Below are positions 32,799 through 42,581 of a DNA stretch of 64,000 nucleotides, piece by piece (position 1 is the stretch's first letter; each line of letters starts with the position of its first letter). Source of the DNA: Candidatus Poribacteria bacterium (GTDB lineage Bacteria > Poribacteria > WGA-4E > WGA-3G); assembly GCA_965215265.1 (NCBI GenBank), contig OZ244048.1:288001-352000 (forward strand). The letters run 5' to 3'. The translations under genes were made by a program, and so were the position numbers. Under the pieces are notes generated by a model that saw nothing but the letters and a program-made list of their open reading frames with translations, ran no database searches and was not told the origin of the DNA.

Positions 32799-33557
32799 AT
32801 GAAAGTATTGAGTATTAGTATGGCACTGCTCCTATTTCTGTGCTATAGTTAAATGGATGACCCGGCGATCGTTGGTGTTTGACTCTTTGAAGGGGATGCT
32901 GACGATGCCACAAAAAACGGTAATGATGGCGATATTAACGGAAATTTTAAGTTTGAAGACGGTAAGTTTGGCAAGGCTGTCGTCGCTGCAGGCGGTGGTA
33001 GCATTGATGTCCAAGATTCCAAGAGTATACAGAGTGTTGTAGATGAGTTGACAGTCGCCGCATGGTTCCGTGTGGACGCGGATTCGGATACCGGTGTGAG
33101 GAAAAATGGCGCGTATCTGCTAGAAGATCAGTCTGGCGGTGAACCGGTACCGGACGGTTTTTCCTTCCGTGTCTGGACTGCGCAAGGCATCACACCCGGA
33201 TTCTACGGGAAAACGGAGCTGGAACAAGGGAAATGGTATCATATCGCCGGGACTTACGATGGCACAAATGTTGAAATGTACATTGATGGCGAACCGGAGA
33301 GTGTAAAAGGGGCACTATCAGCCGATAAAGCAGCGTGGAAGCCGGAATGGGGTGGAAAAGTCGCTGTCGGTCAGGTTTTGCAGCTCAAATACGGTCCGGA
33401 GGCGTTTACTGGTGGCATAGACGAGGTCGTGCTTCTCAGTCGGGCGCTTGCGCAGGAAGAGATCCGGCAGCTACTGAACGGCTGGGAGGATGCTTTCGCT
33501 GTCGAACCGCACGGAAAACTAGCCACAAGCTGGGGAAGAGTTAAGGCAAATCGTTAG
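32799..33557 (+). pseudogene. LamG-domain secreted protein with in-frame stops (TAA 32850, TGA 32880)
   Basis: MKVLSISMALLLFLCYS*MDDPAIVGV*LFEG...DGKFGKA is in frame with ORF 33048 (WYHIAGTYDG, GGIDEV, AVEPHGKLATSWG). Confidence 0.82.
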
Positions 33558-33698
33558 GTGTCAGGAATGAATTTCGCCCATAGTAGATACGCCCCCCTAG
33601 TGATACCCTAATGCAGGAAAAGTGTTAAGGTCAAACGCACAAGTATTGAGAAAAAAGTTTTTAGTCCAAAACCTTAACAATAATAGGAGGCAAAAACA

Positions 33699-34493
33699 GT
33701 GAAAAGGTTATTCTATTTCGCAGGATTTTTCGTACTAATTGCTATAGGTACTGCATTTGGACAAGATGTCGCTGTCTTTTATGACCAACAGGTTGAAAAT
33801 GGCGGTGGCTTGGCGGTGCCAAATCCGAACCAATTAGCAGAAATGATCGTAGAAGAACTTGAATCGAAAAAACTAACCGCAGAAATCGTCGATAGTGATG
33901 GTTTAGCGGAATATATGAAGGCAAACCCACAAGGTATCTATATCATCACGCAAGGGAATACGCCGGGGACAATCTTTAAGAATGAAGGTAAGAAAGACCT
34001 GGTCTATTCTTGGTTAAGAGAAGGGGGTATCGGCGGTTTCATTGGCGATTATGCTTTCTACTACTATTGGGATAAAGGCGCACGGGTTACAGCTGCCGGG
34101 GCAGGTCAGCAAAGTGTTTTTGGCGCGACTGTCACTAACGGTACCGTCACAGCCGTTACGCCGACAGACCTAGGAAAGAAATACATCCCTTCACTCAAAA
34201 AATGGTCTTCAAATCGTCCAACAGGACTCGGCGTTTTGAAGCAAAACGATTTTGAATATGAGAGCTACGCAGACGACGGGGTCAACGCAGATCCCATTGC
34301 TTATCGCACTAAGGATATGGAGGGTTGGTTCATCAATTTCCATACATCATGCTGCGGGACTGCCATCCCCCCTAATGCCCAAATTGCTAAGGAGTACGCC
34401 GAACTGATTTCCAATCGATTTGCAACGGCGAAAACTGTAGATGCAGCTGGGAAGATTAGCATGGTGTGCGGACAACTCAAATCAGGTTGGTAG
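33699..34493 (+). CDS. Secreted hypothetical protein with a degenerate version of the C-terminal tail
   Basis: Signal peptide, SD aggagg, and the ending TVDAAGKISMVCGQLKSGW. Confidence 0.7.
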   Translation: MKRLFYFAGFFVLIAIGTAFGQDVAVFYDQQVENGGGLAVPNPNQLAEMIVEELESKKLTAEIVDSDGLAEYMKANPQGIYIITQGNTPGTIFKNEGKKDLVYSWLREGGIGGFIGDYAFYYYWDKGARVTAAGAGQQSVFGATVTNGTVTAVTPTDLGKKYIPSLKKWSSNRPTGLGVLKQNDFEYESYADDGVNADPIAYRTKDMEGWFINFHTSCCGTAIPPNAQIAKEYAELISNRFATAKTVDAAGKISMVCGQLKSGW

Positions 34494-34531
34494 GATATTT
34501 TTGTAAGGTAGGTAAATAAAAAATAGGACCG

Positions 34532-35473
34532 ATGCCACAAAAAACGGCGTTCATTCATCATCCAGATTACCTGAACCACGACACGGGCCCAGGTCATCCT
34601 GAGCGTCCTGACCGGATAAGAGCTAGCCTCGCTGCGCTTCAAAAGAGCACCATTTGGGAATACCTCTACCCAATAGATGCAACGCCGGCAAGCGTTACGC
34701 AGCTCGTCTATGTGCATGAATCTCCGTATATTGAACGCGTCCGGCAGGCATGCACGCAGGAAATGGCGCTGAGTTACGATACGCCTGTGGTGAATGCATC
34801 CTTTGACATTGCTCGGCTCTCAACAGGTGGTGTATTACGCGCAGCAGATGCAGTCGTCACAGAAGAGTACGACAATGCGTTCGCGTTGGTGCGTCCGCCA
34901 GGGCATCACGCTACGCAGAATCGGAGTATGGGGTTCTGTCTGTTTAATAACATCGCAATTACGGCGCGCTACCTCCAACGCGAACACAGGTTCGGGAAAG
35001 TCGCGATAGTGGATTGGGATGTGCATCACGGCAATGGTACGCAGGACATCTTCTATGCAGACGCGTCTGTTTTCTTCTTTTCTATTCATCAATCGCCTCT
35101 CTATCCGGGGACAGGCTCTCGGTACGAACGCGGTACCGATGATGCTCGTGGCACAACGTTGAACGTGCCGATGCCATCGGGCAGCGGTGACAGAGATTAC
35201 ATTACGGTTTTTGAGGATGTCCTGATGCCAGCGCTACAGGATTTCTCACCGGAGTTTATCCTAATTTCGGCGGGTTTTGACGCGCACTACCGGGATCCAC
35301 TTGCTACGATTGCACTCACCGCTGAGGGGTTCGCGACTTTAACTGACCTGATGCTTGAATTTGCCATGGAAACAGCATCCGGACGCGTTGTTTCCGTGTT
35401 AGAGGGCGGTTATGACTTGCAAGGGTTATCGGAATCTGTTGTGGCGCATGTAGAACGGTTGGTTAATCGTTGA
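34532..35473 (+). CDS. Histone-deacetylase family (acetylpolyamine/protein deacetylase)
   Basis: [40 protein letters not shown] and LEGGY. Confidence 0.95.
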   Translation: MPQKTAFIHHPDYLNHDTGPGHPERPDRIRASLAALQKSTIWEYLYPIDATPASVTQLVYVHESPYIERVRQACTQEMALSYDTPVVNASFDIARLSTGGVLRAADAVVTEEYDNAFALVRPPGHHATQNRSMGFCLFNNIAITARYLQREHRFGKVAIVDWDVHHGNGTQDIFYADASVFFFSIHQSPLYPGTGSRYERGTDDARGTTLNVPMPSGSGDRDYITVFEDVLMPALQDFSPEFILISAGFDAHYRDPLATIALTAEGFATLTDLMLEFAMETASGRVVSVLEGGYDLQGLSESVVAHVERLVNR

Positions 35474-35613
35474 CACACTCACCGTACTAAAGCATCGATG
35501 ACTCTTTTCTCTTCAGAGATAGCCTGCTATTGCAGGTGTCATGTCTGCTCCTGAAAAGGCGGATGCCCCACCTTTACGATGTTAATAGCAGCATGAACAT
35601 CACGTTCATGAAA
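35470..35613 (-). mobile_element. Relic of an IS200/IS605 element: TnpB C-terminal tail plus right end
   Basis: The minus strand encodes HERDVHAAINIVKVG, resembling the TnpB 'HDRDvNAAiNI' motif. It ends ...TCATCGATGCTTTAGTACGGTGAGTGTGTCAA, a subterminal hairpin followed by TCAA. Confidence 0.7.
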
Positions 35614-35616
35614 AGG

Positions 35617-36345
35617 CTACGACCCTCTAGTACTCATTTTTTTCCCAACGTGAATTGCGACGATGCCGAACGTTTTCCGATAAAATCGGACATCCGTGAG
35701 TCCACACTGTTCCATAACTCCTTTTAAGGTATCACAATCCGGAAACTGCATGACAGAACGCGGCAGATACCCGTAAGCGTCGTCTCTATTTCGGGAGATG
35801 AGGTTCCCGATAAAGGGTAAAATCTTGGTGAAATAGAAATAGTAGAGTCGCCGAAACACAGGATTTACGGGTTGCGTAAACTCTAATATGGAAATCCGGC
35901 CTCCGGGAACAGCGACGCGTGCCATCTCACGGATGCCTTTTTCCAGATCTGCAACGTTCCGGATGCCGAATCCAACAGAGACAATGTCGAACGTATTGTC
36001 GAGAAAGGGGAGGGTGAGGGTGTCTGCAGCAATAAACCTTGTCGGCGGCACTGCCGAACCCAACACTGCAGGCGGTGCCACTTTTTGCTTCCCGATAACC
36101 AACATTTCGAAGCAGAAATCGGAACCGATGACGAAGCCGTTCTCGCGGATTTTGTCTGCATAAGCGAGCGCGAGCTCGCCAGTGCCGGTGCAGACATCCA
36201 AAACTTGACTACCCGGTGTAACGTGACTGACTTTAACGGTTTCTTGTCGCCACGTCCTGTCAAGCCGTAGGCTTAAAAGTGAGTTGAGGAAGTCATAGTG
36301 GCGCGCAATGAGCGCGAACATGTTTTTGATTCGGTTCTCGTGCAT
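35617..36345 (-). CDS. ubiE: Ubiquinone/menaquinone biosynthesis methyltransferase
   Basis: MF..IA..YD..N.LLS, LDVCTGTG, GFGIRNV, ILEF and AYGYLPRSV..FP. Confidence 0.92.
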   Translation of the reverse strand: MHENRIKNMFALIARHYDFLNSLLSLRLDRTWRQETVKVSHVTPGSQVLDVCTGTGELALAYADKIRENGFVIGSDFCFEMLVIGKQKVAPPAVLGSAVPPTRFIAADTLTLPFLDNTFDIVSVGFGIRNVADLEKGIREMARVAVPGGRISILEFTQPVNPVFRRLYYFYFTKILPFIGNLISRNRDDAYGYLPRSVMQFPDCDTLKGVMEQCGLTDVRFYRKTFGIVAIHVGKKMSTRGS

Positions 36346-36411
36346 AGTTTTGCTATCGCGCCCGGCAGCTCGCTCCGTACTCTAAACGGAATCGCTTCTA
36401 CATCTTCTACT

Positions 36412-38802
36412 CTACATTCGGAGCTCTGCACCCAGTTCTCTATTGAGTCGTTCAATAACGTTAGCGTGAACGCTATTGACAGCTTTGTCGGTCAAAGTCC
36501 CGGTGGCAGAGTGATAAGCGATTGTATAAGCGAGGCTCCGCTTACCGTCTGGGACCTGTTCACCCTCATAGACATCAAAGAGGTGTACCGATTCAACTAA
36601 TTCCCCGCCTGCTGCTCGGATGAATTCTATCGGGCGATTTGAGGGTATGTTGGCATCTAGGACAATAGCAAGATCGCGTTGGACCTTTGGATAGATAGAC
36701 ATCGGCTCAAAACGTTTGTTGAATTCAGCGTACTTAGTGAGTGCCTCCAGGTCAAATTCAAAGAGATATGCCTTGTAGGGCAGGTCGTAATTGTCAAGCA
36801 CTTCTGGATGCACCTCACCGAAGATACCGATGCGTTGTGCTGCTAATAAGACTTCAGCATTTCGCCCTGGATGGAACGTAGGTTCTACAGTTTTTGCGAG
36901 CGTATAATCGTTAATGCCGCAGACTTCAAGCATCCCTTCGACAATGCCCTTGATGTCAAGGAAATCGGGATGTCTGTATGGATCTTCATAAACGCCGTTT
37001 CCGATTTGACCGGCGAGGATACCTGCAACACGACTCGGCTCTTTTCCTTGTATGAACACTGTGGAAATCTCGAAGAGCGCGATAGTGTCGACCTGGTGAT
37101 TGTGATTGTGTTGAGCGTTTGCTAGGAGGCTCAGTAGCAGGGTCGTCCGCAGGACTGACATCTCCGGGCTCAACGGATTTTGCAACTGCAGTGCTTCTCG
37201 CCTGGGGTCGTCGGCGTTCAGGCGCATCCTATTAAAACTGTCCGGATTACAGAAACTATAGTTTATCGCTTCCATCATCCCGGTACTGATGAGAAAGTGC
37301 TTAATCTGTCTGCGGACTTCCGTCTGAGTGTCCGAGGTGGGAATCGGAATATCCCCCTTTGGTAGTGCTGTCGGGATGTTATCGTAACCGTAGACGCGCG
37401 CGATCTCTTCAATCAGATCTATTTCGCGAGTCACGTCAGGACGGAACGTGGGTACGGTGACACGGTATTCAGCTGGGCGGGTATCGTTTACATCGAAACC
37501 GAGTCTGGTTAGAATGTCGTGCATCTGCGTTGCTGTCAGCTGAGTCCCCAACACGAAGTTGACCCGGTCTGGACGGAGCTCAACCTGAACCGGTTGACGT
37601 TTCCCTGGATAGACATCAACGATACCGTTACAGATAGTCCCGCCTGCTAATTCAACCATGAGTTGTGCGGCGCGGTTAAGTGCAGGGATGACGGCTTCCG
37701 GATCTGTGCCACGCTCAAACCGGTAGGAGGCTTCTGTCTGTATGCCTAATGCCTTTCCTGTTGCACGTATGCTAGTGGGTTGAAAATAGGCGCTCTCCAG
37801 CAGGATGTCGCAGGTTTCAGCTCTAATTTCAGAATTGTAGCCGCCCATCACGCCGGCAAGAGCGACCGGCTTTTGTGCATCGGCAATGACTAACATAGTG
37901 GAATCTAGTTCGTGTTCGGTTTCGTCTAGTGTGGTCAGCGATTCGCCTTGGATTGCACGCCGCACCACGATGCGGTTTTCATAGAGTTTGTGATAATCAA
38001 AGGCGTGGAGGGGTTGTCCATACTCCATCAACACAAAGTTGGTAATATCAACAATGTTGTTAATAACACCGATGCCGACAGTTTCAAGTCGTCGCTGTAA
38101 CCACGCTGGAGATTGTCCGACTTTCACCCCCTGAATGACACGTGCTGCGTAACGAGGGCACAGGTCTGGGGCTTCAATAGTTACAGACGTAGTCCGTTGA
38201 ATATCCACGTCGCCTTGTCCGAGTTTAACCTCTGGCAATTTTAACGGGTTGCCGGTATCTGCCCGGATTTCGCGCGCCACACCGATAAGGCTGAGGCAAT
38301 CCGGACGGTTAGGGGTAACCTCGAGTTCTAGGACAACATCGTCTAAGCCTAATGCTTTGGCGAGTGGGGTACCGATGGGCATTTCTGTGGGCAATTCCAT
38401 CAAGCCCGCAGCATCGTCCGATAAGCCGAGCTCCTTTTCGGAACAGAGCATTCCGTTTGATTCTGCTCCCCGGAGTTTTGCACGCTTGATTTTCAAGCCG
38501 TTAGGTAGTTCGGTACCGACTGTAGCGACAGGCGCGAGCATGCCTTCCCGCACATTCGGGGCACCGCAGACAATTTGTAATTCACTTTCATCGTCTACAT
38601 CAACCTGACATAGCACAAGTTTATCTGCATCCGGATGTGGGCGAATAGTTGTCACTTTGCCGACAACGACCCCCATTAGTTCAGCACCGAGTTGCTTGAT
38701 GGATTCAACTTCAATGCCCAACATGGCGAGCCGGTCGGCGAGTTCGCTTAGAGAATAGGCAAAATCAGTATAGGTTTTTAGCCAATTTACGGTTACTTTC
38801 AT
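36412..38802 (-). CDS. pheT: Phenylalanine-tRNA ligase beta subunit
   Basis: HPDADKL, VCGAPN, SNGMLCS, TPNRPDCLS, GQPLHAFD, SYRFERG and DLIEEIAR. Confidence 0.98.
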   Translation of the reverse strand: MKVTVNWLKTYTDFAYSLSELADRLAMLGIEVESIKQLGAELMGVVVGKVTTIRPHPDADKLVLCQVDVDDESELQIVCGAPNVREGMLAPVATVGTELPNGLKIKRAKLRGAESNGMLCSEKELGLSDDAAGLMELPTEMPIGTPLAKALGLDDVVLELEVTPNRPDCLSLIGVAREIRADTGNPLKLPEVKLGQGDVDIQRTTSVTIEAPDLCPRYAARVIQGVKVGQSPAWLQRRLETVGIGVINNIVDITNFVLMEYGQPLHAFDYHKLYENRIVVRRAIQGESLTTLDETEHELDSTMLVIADAQKPVALAGVMGGYNSEIRAETCDILLESAYFQPTSIRATGKALGIQTEASYRFERGTDPEAVIPALNRAAQLMVELAGGTICNGIVDVYPGKRQPVQVELRPDRVNFVLGTQLTATQMHDILTRLGFDVNDTRPAEYRVTVPTFRPDVTREIDLIEEIARVYGYDNIPTALPKGDIPIPTSDTQTEVRRQIKHFLISTGMMEAINYSFCNPDSFNRMRLNADDPRREALQLQNPLSPEMSVLRTTLLLSLLANAQHNHNHQVDTIALFEISTVFIQGKEPSRVAGILAGQIGNGVYEDPYRHPDFLDIKGIVEGMLEVCGINDYTLAKTVEPTFHPGRNAEVLLAAQRIGIFGEVHPEVLDNYDLPYKAYLFEFDLEALTKYAEFNKRFEPMSIYPKVQRDLAIVLDANIPSNRPIEFIRAAGGELVESVHLFDVYEGEQVPDGKRSLAYTIAYHSATGTLTDKAVNSVHANVIERLNRELGAELRM

Positions 38803-38964
38803 AAATCAGAACCTTTTTTCTTCGTCACAATAAGCTAGCATCCATTTTTATAGTGAATTAGAAAAATACAGAGATATTTATCTTGAAAGGTATGTCAAAG
38901 AGCGTGGACAAGATTATCAGGGGCTACAGTATCAATCATTCTAAAATCTACTATAAAAGAGGAT

Positions 38965-39987
38965 TCAGAACTGTCGCAAAAAACGGAGGTCGTTTTCATA
39001 GAAAGTACGGATATCCGGTACGCGGAATTGGAGATTCGCGATGCGCTCTACGCCCATGCCGAAGGCAAAGCCGGTCACTTCTTCCGGGTCGTAGTTGACA
39101 GCTTTGAATACCTCCGGATCGACTGCGCCCGCACCCAGGATTTCGAGCCACCCCGTGCCGCCACAAGTGCGACATCCGTTTTCACTACAGACGGTGCAGG
39201 AGATATCCATCTCGGCGCTCGGTTCTGTGAAAGGAAAGAAGTGCGGACGGAACCGCATTCGTGTCTCAGCCCCGAACATCTGCAGGGCAAAGGATACCAG
39301 CACTCCCTTCAATTCGCTAAAGGTGACGTGCGTATCGACGAGTAAGCCTTCTACCTGATGGAACATCGGGGTGTGGGAAACGTCGTAATCGACGCGATAC
39401 GCTCTACCTGGGACAATAATACGCAGAGGTGGTTGTTGCTGCTCCATTGCACGAATCTGAACAGGTGAGGTATGTGTGCGCAGCAGATGTCCATCGTTTA
39501 GGTAGAAAGTATCGTGCAGATCTCGGGCCGGATGGTCAGCAGGCGTGTTGAGTGCGTCAAAGTTATAATACTTTGTCTCAATATCCGGTCCGGTAACCAC
39601 TTGGAATCCCATGTGCTTGAAAATCGTCTCTATCCGGTCCAAGGTTTGCATGACCGGGTGTGCCTTCCCATATTGGGGTTTTCGCCCGGGGAGGGTGATA
39701 TCCACAGTCTCCTGTTCGAGCTGCTGTTGTTGTTGCAGGGCTGCGAGTCGGTTCACCTTGTCCTCAAAAGCTTTTGTTAGGGTGGCGCGTACCTCATTGG
39801 CAAGTTTCCCAGCAGCGGGTCGCTCTTCCTTGGAGAGTTTCCCCATCCGTTTCATCACAGTTGTTAGCTGCCCGTTTCGTCCAAAGTACGCAATGCGTAG
39901 GGATTCCAGTGCATCCTGCGTTTTGATATCTCCTAAAGCGTTAAGTGCGTCAGCTTGAATCTGTTTTAATTCGTCTTGCATAATCAT
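38965..39987 (-). CDS. pheS: Phenylalanine-tRNA ligase alpha subunit
   Basis: HPARDLHDTFY, LRTHTSPVQ, FHQVEG, FPFTEPSAE and GFAFGMGVER. Confidence 0.98.
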   Translation of the reverse strand: MIMQDELKQIQADALNALGDIKTQDALESLRIAYFGRNGQLTTVMKRMGKLSKEERPAAGKLANEVRATLTKAFEDKVNRLAALQQQQQLEQETVDITLPGRKPQYGKAHPVMQTLDRIETIFKHMGFQVVTGPDIETKYYNFDALNTPADHPARDLHDTFYLNDGHLLRTHTSPVQIRAMEQQQPPLRIIVPGRAYRVDYDVSHTPMFHQVEGLLVDTHVTFSELKGVLVSFALQMFGAETRMRFRPHFFPFTEPSAEMDISCTVCSENGCRTCGGTGWLEILGAGAVDPEVFKAVNYDPEEVTGFAFGMGVERIANLQFRVPDIRTFYENDLRFLRQF

Positions 39988-39994
39988 TTTTTCT

Positions 39995-40296
39995 AAAAAG
40001 AGAAATGCCTGTCACTTGTCCTCTGAAGGTATTTTCCTTCATGGGGACGAAAGCAACAAGCATCTACTTCCGCGGTACCACCCCGCTTGACAAATTCCTA
40101 GCTAGAATGTGTCCACTTCATTTCTGGTTCAATAACGGCGAACGGCCCGGCGCGAACCTACTGACTGCAGTGGTGTTCAGTCCGGCGGCTCCAGGATGAA
40201 ATTCAGCGATTGTGCTCAAAGCCATGCTTCCAACCGGTGGCACAGCCTCTCTGGTTGAACAACCTCAATCGCTTACTCTGTCCCTTCATAGCCTTT
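39995..40296 (-). ncRNA. T-box riboswitch (Phe specifier UUC) with antiterminator and terminator
   Basis: On the minus strand: stem I with AGTA...GAA, specifier TTC at 40198-40200, T-box GGGGTGGTACCGCGG (about 40070-40084) able to pair with TTTCGTCCCC, and a long terminator stem followed by a U-rich tract before pheS. Confidence 0.9.
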
Positions 40297-40382
40297 ACTC
40301 GTCTCTACTCTAGAGTCGGCGAAAAACGACACGATAAGGCGTTCCTCATTTAACGAAAAACCCTCCAATTTTTTGGTGTGCG

Positions 40383-40730
40383 TTATCCCTTTGCGAGTGC
40401 AGCAAGCTGCTCAAATCCGGCTTCATCATGCACAGCAATATCAGCGAGGACTTTGCGGTCCAAGGCGATACCTGCGTTCTTGAGTCCGTGCATGAATCGG
40501 CTATAGGAGAGTCCGTGCAATCTTGCGGCGGCATTAATCCGTGCGATCCAGAGTCGTCTAAAATCGCGTTTTCGTGCACGTCGGTGTGCGTAGGCGTGAT
40601 TCCACCCCTTCTCGACAGCTTCCATTGCGGTACGTTTGAGGTTATTCCTGCCGCCTCGGTACCCTTTGGAGTGCTTTAGTATCCGTTTGCGCCGTTTGCG
40701 TCGCACACTTCCGGTTTTTACTCGTGCCAT
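40383..40730 (-). CDS. rplT: 50S ribosomal protein L20
   Basis: MARVKTG...KGYRG...[16 protein letters not shown]...[10 protein letters not shown]. Confidence 0.98.
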   Translation of the reverse strand: MARVKTGSVRRKRRKRILKHSKGYRGGRNNLKRTAMEAVEKGWNHAYAHRRARKRDFRRLWIARINAAARLHGLSYSRFMHGLKNAGIALDRKVLADIAVHDEAGFEQLAALAKG

Positions 40731-40740
40731 TCAAAACTCC

Positions 40741-40925
40741 TACTGCGTCCCGTCTCTCACAAACGGATTGTGAGAGACGGTGCATCAACTATTGCGCTAT
40801 ATCAAATGTATCTACTCCGGACTGCAGACAAAGCGTGCGTGTTTGTCTGTTTCACGGAGTGGCAGGATAGGTAATCAGGTCTCTCCTTTCAGGAGAGACC
40901 TGATTACCTTTTACCTGCCACCCAT
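40741..40925. other. Strongly structured rpmI-rplT spacer with three hairpins
   Basis: Perfect stems of 13 bp (40750-40762/40768-40780) and 19 bp (40869-40887/40891-40909), plus an imperfect stem at 40814-40860. Confidence 0.7.
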
Positions 40926-40957
40926 TGGGGTTGACGTTTGGTGCGATTCTAAAATTT

Positions 40958-41152
40958 TCACTGATGAATTAGGCGTTTCAAACGTTTCTCATTGCTCGGG
41001 TCAACAAGGGTTGATTGGCGCAATCTGCGCTTGCGTTGAGATGACTTTGTGAGAAACAGGTGTCCTGCATACGCGCGTTTGCGTCGTATTTTTCCTTTGG
41101 ACGTGAATTTGAAACGTTTGGCTGCGCCTTTATGCGTTTTGATTTTCGGCAT
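40958..41152 (-). CDS. rpmI: 50S ribosomal protein L35
   Basis: MPKIKTHKGAAKRFKFT..GK...H...KS..RKRRLR. Confidence 0.97.
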   Translation of the reverse strand: MPKIKTHKGAAKRFKFTSKGKIRRKRAYAGHLFLTKSSQRKRRLRQSTLVDPSNEKRLKRLIHQ

Positions 41153-41714
41153 TAGAACGTCCTTCTTTAGACGAAGATTTTGGTGTGAGAATCATGGACA
41201 TCATCCGTGTTTCCATTTTCGGTGGCTGCTCGATCTCAGCGAGTCCACTAACATCTTCGCTGAGTCGGATAAGCATATTCTTGCCCAGGTTAGTGTGTAG
41301 CATTTCGCGTCCTTTAAACCTTACGGTTGCGCGTACCTTCCAACCATTCCCCAAGAAATCTTCGACGTGCCGTTTCTTGAATTGGTAGTCGTGTTCGGCA
41401 GTATCCGGTCTGAACTGCATCTCTTTCAAGACAATCTTAGTCTGCTTTTTCCGTGCTTCTCTCGCACGCTTGTTCTTTTCGTATTGATACTTGCCGTAGT
41501 CCATAATTTTACAAACAGGCGGATTTGCATTGGGCGAGACCTCTACTAAATCCAAGCCGGCTTCTTCAGCAAGTTTCATAGCGTCGCGCGTCGGTAGAAC
41601 CCCGACCTGCTTATTATTCTGGTCGATGACCAGCACCTCTCTTGCCCGAATCTGATAATTCGAGCGGCTCTGTCTCTGCTTCGTTCTCTGCGTACGTCTA
41701 CCTCTGTAGTGTAT
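41130..41714 (-). CDS. infC: Translation initiation factor IF-3, probable non-canonical ATA start
   Basis: N.QIRAREV, GLDLVEVSPNANPPVCKIMDYGKYQYE and RFKGRE; SD-like GGGGGTG sits 6 nt before the ATA at 41714. Confidence 0.95.
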   Translation of the reverse strand: MHYRGRRTQRTKQRQSRSNYQIRAREVLVIDQNNKQVGVLPTRDAMKLAEEAGLDLVEVSPNANPPVCKIMDYGKYQYEKNKRAREARKKQTKIVLKEMQFRPDTAEHDYQFKKRHVEDFLGNGWKVRATVRFKGREMLHTNLGKNMLIRLSEDVSGLAEIEQPPKMETRMMSMILTPKSSSKEGRSNAENQNA

Positions 41715-42025
41715 TTTCCACACCCCCAACTCGCGAATCTTCTATTTTGGCAAAAGTGAGCCGACCGGTCTGGTAAGCCCCAAACTCATCCCAAGAAACC
41801 TCTTTGAGAACCGGATTAAAAATTAATAGGTTAGCCGTAGATGACACCTTCCTCGCAGCATATCAAAAATATCGACATGAACCGGTTCACACAGAAGTAC
41901 TACAAAACTATTCGTCGTGTCCAACCAAAGTGATTTCGTTTGCTGCTTTGGCGAAGACAAGATGCTATGATAGCAAAACGACTTAACTTAATTAATTATA
42001 CTACATAATTCAATAAAAATGCAAA

Positions 42026-42382
42026 TTAAAAAAAACCTATTGTCCACAAAGTGCGTAATATAATAAGGCCGCCTGCCAAGCCGCCGAATACAAAGATGAA
42101 ACCGAGGCTGACTACAAGTGCCAGCCGCACAATCCGTTCCCCATGTTCCGGCTGCTCGCTTGCCCATGCACGCGCTAAGCTAAAGGTTAAGGCAACGCTA
42201 ACCAGACTCAATAAGGATGCACCCAAAACAGCCAACAGCATCCCTGAAAAATCTACCATCTGCAGGGTTTCTGGAAGCGTCCCGTATTGTGAATAACGGA
42301 GCACCACGACGATGAGCACACCAGCCAACAGGGCGGTAAAACTCAGGAAAACGAGTAAGGCCCTTTTAAACGCGGTTCTCAT
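42026..42382 (-). CDS. Small membrane protein (three predicted transmembrane helices)
   Basis: 118-aa ORF with three hydrophobic segments. Confidence 0.65.
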   Translation of the reverse strand: MRTAFKRALLVFLSFTALLAGVLIVVVLRYSQYGTLPETLQMVDFSGMLLAVLGASLLSLVSVALTFSLARAWASEQPEHGERIVRLALVVSLGFIFVFGGLAGGLIILRTLWTIGFF

Positions 42383-42581
42383 TTAGGCAAGTCACCTGAG
42401 AAAACTTGGATTATACCGTTAATTGTAGCATATCCTAGACCTCATTGCAACCTTATTTCTATTTTAACCTTAAATTCCTTGATTTATTCAAAAAAAGATG
42501 GTAAGTTAATTTATTAGATAATTCAAGTCTGAAGTTGATGTAACTTTATTTTGAGGCATTTAATTGCAAAGGAGTTTTTCC

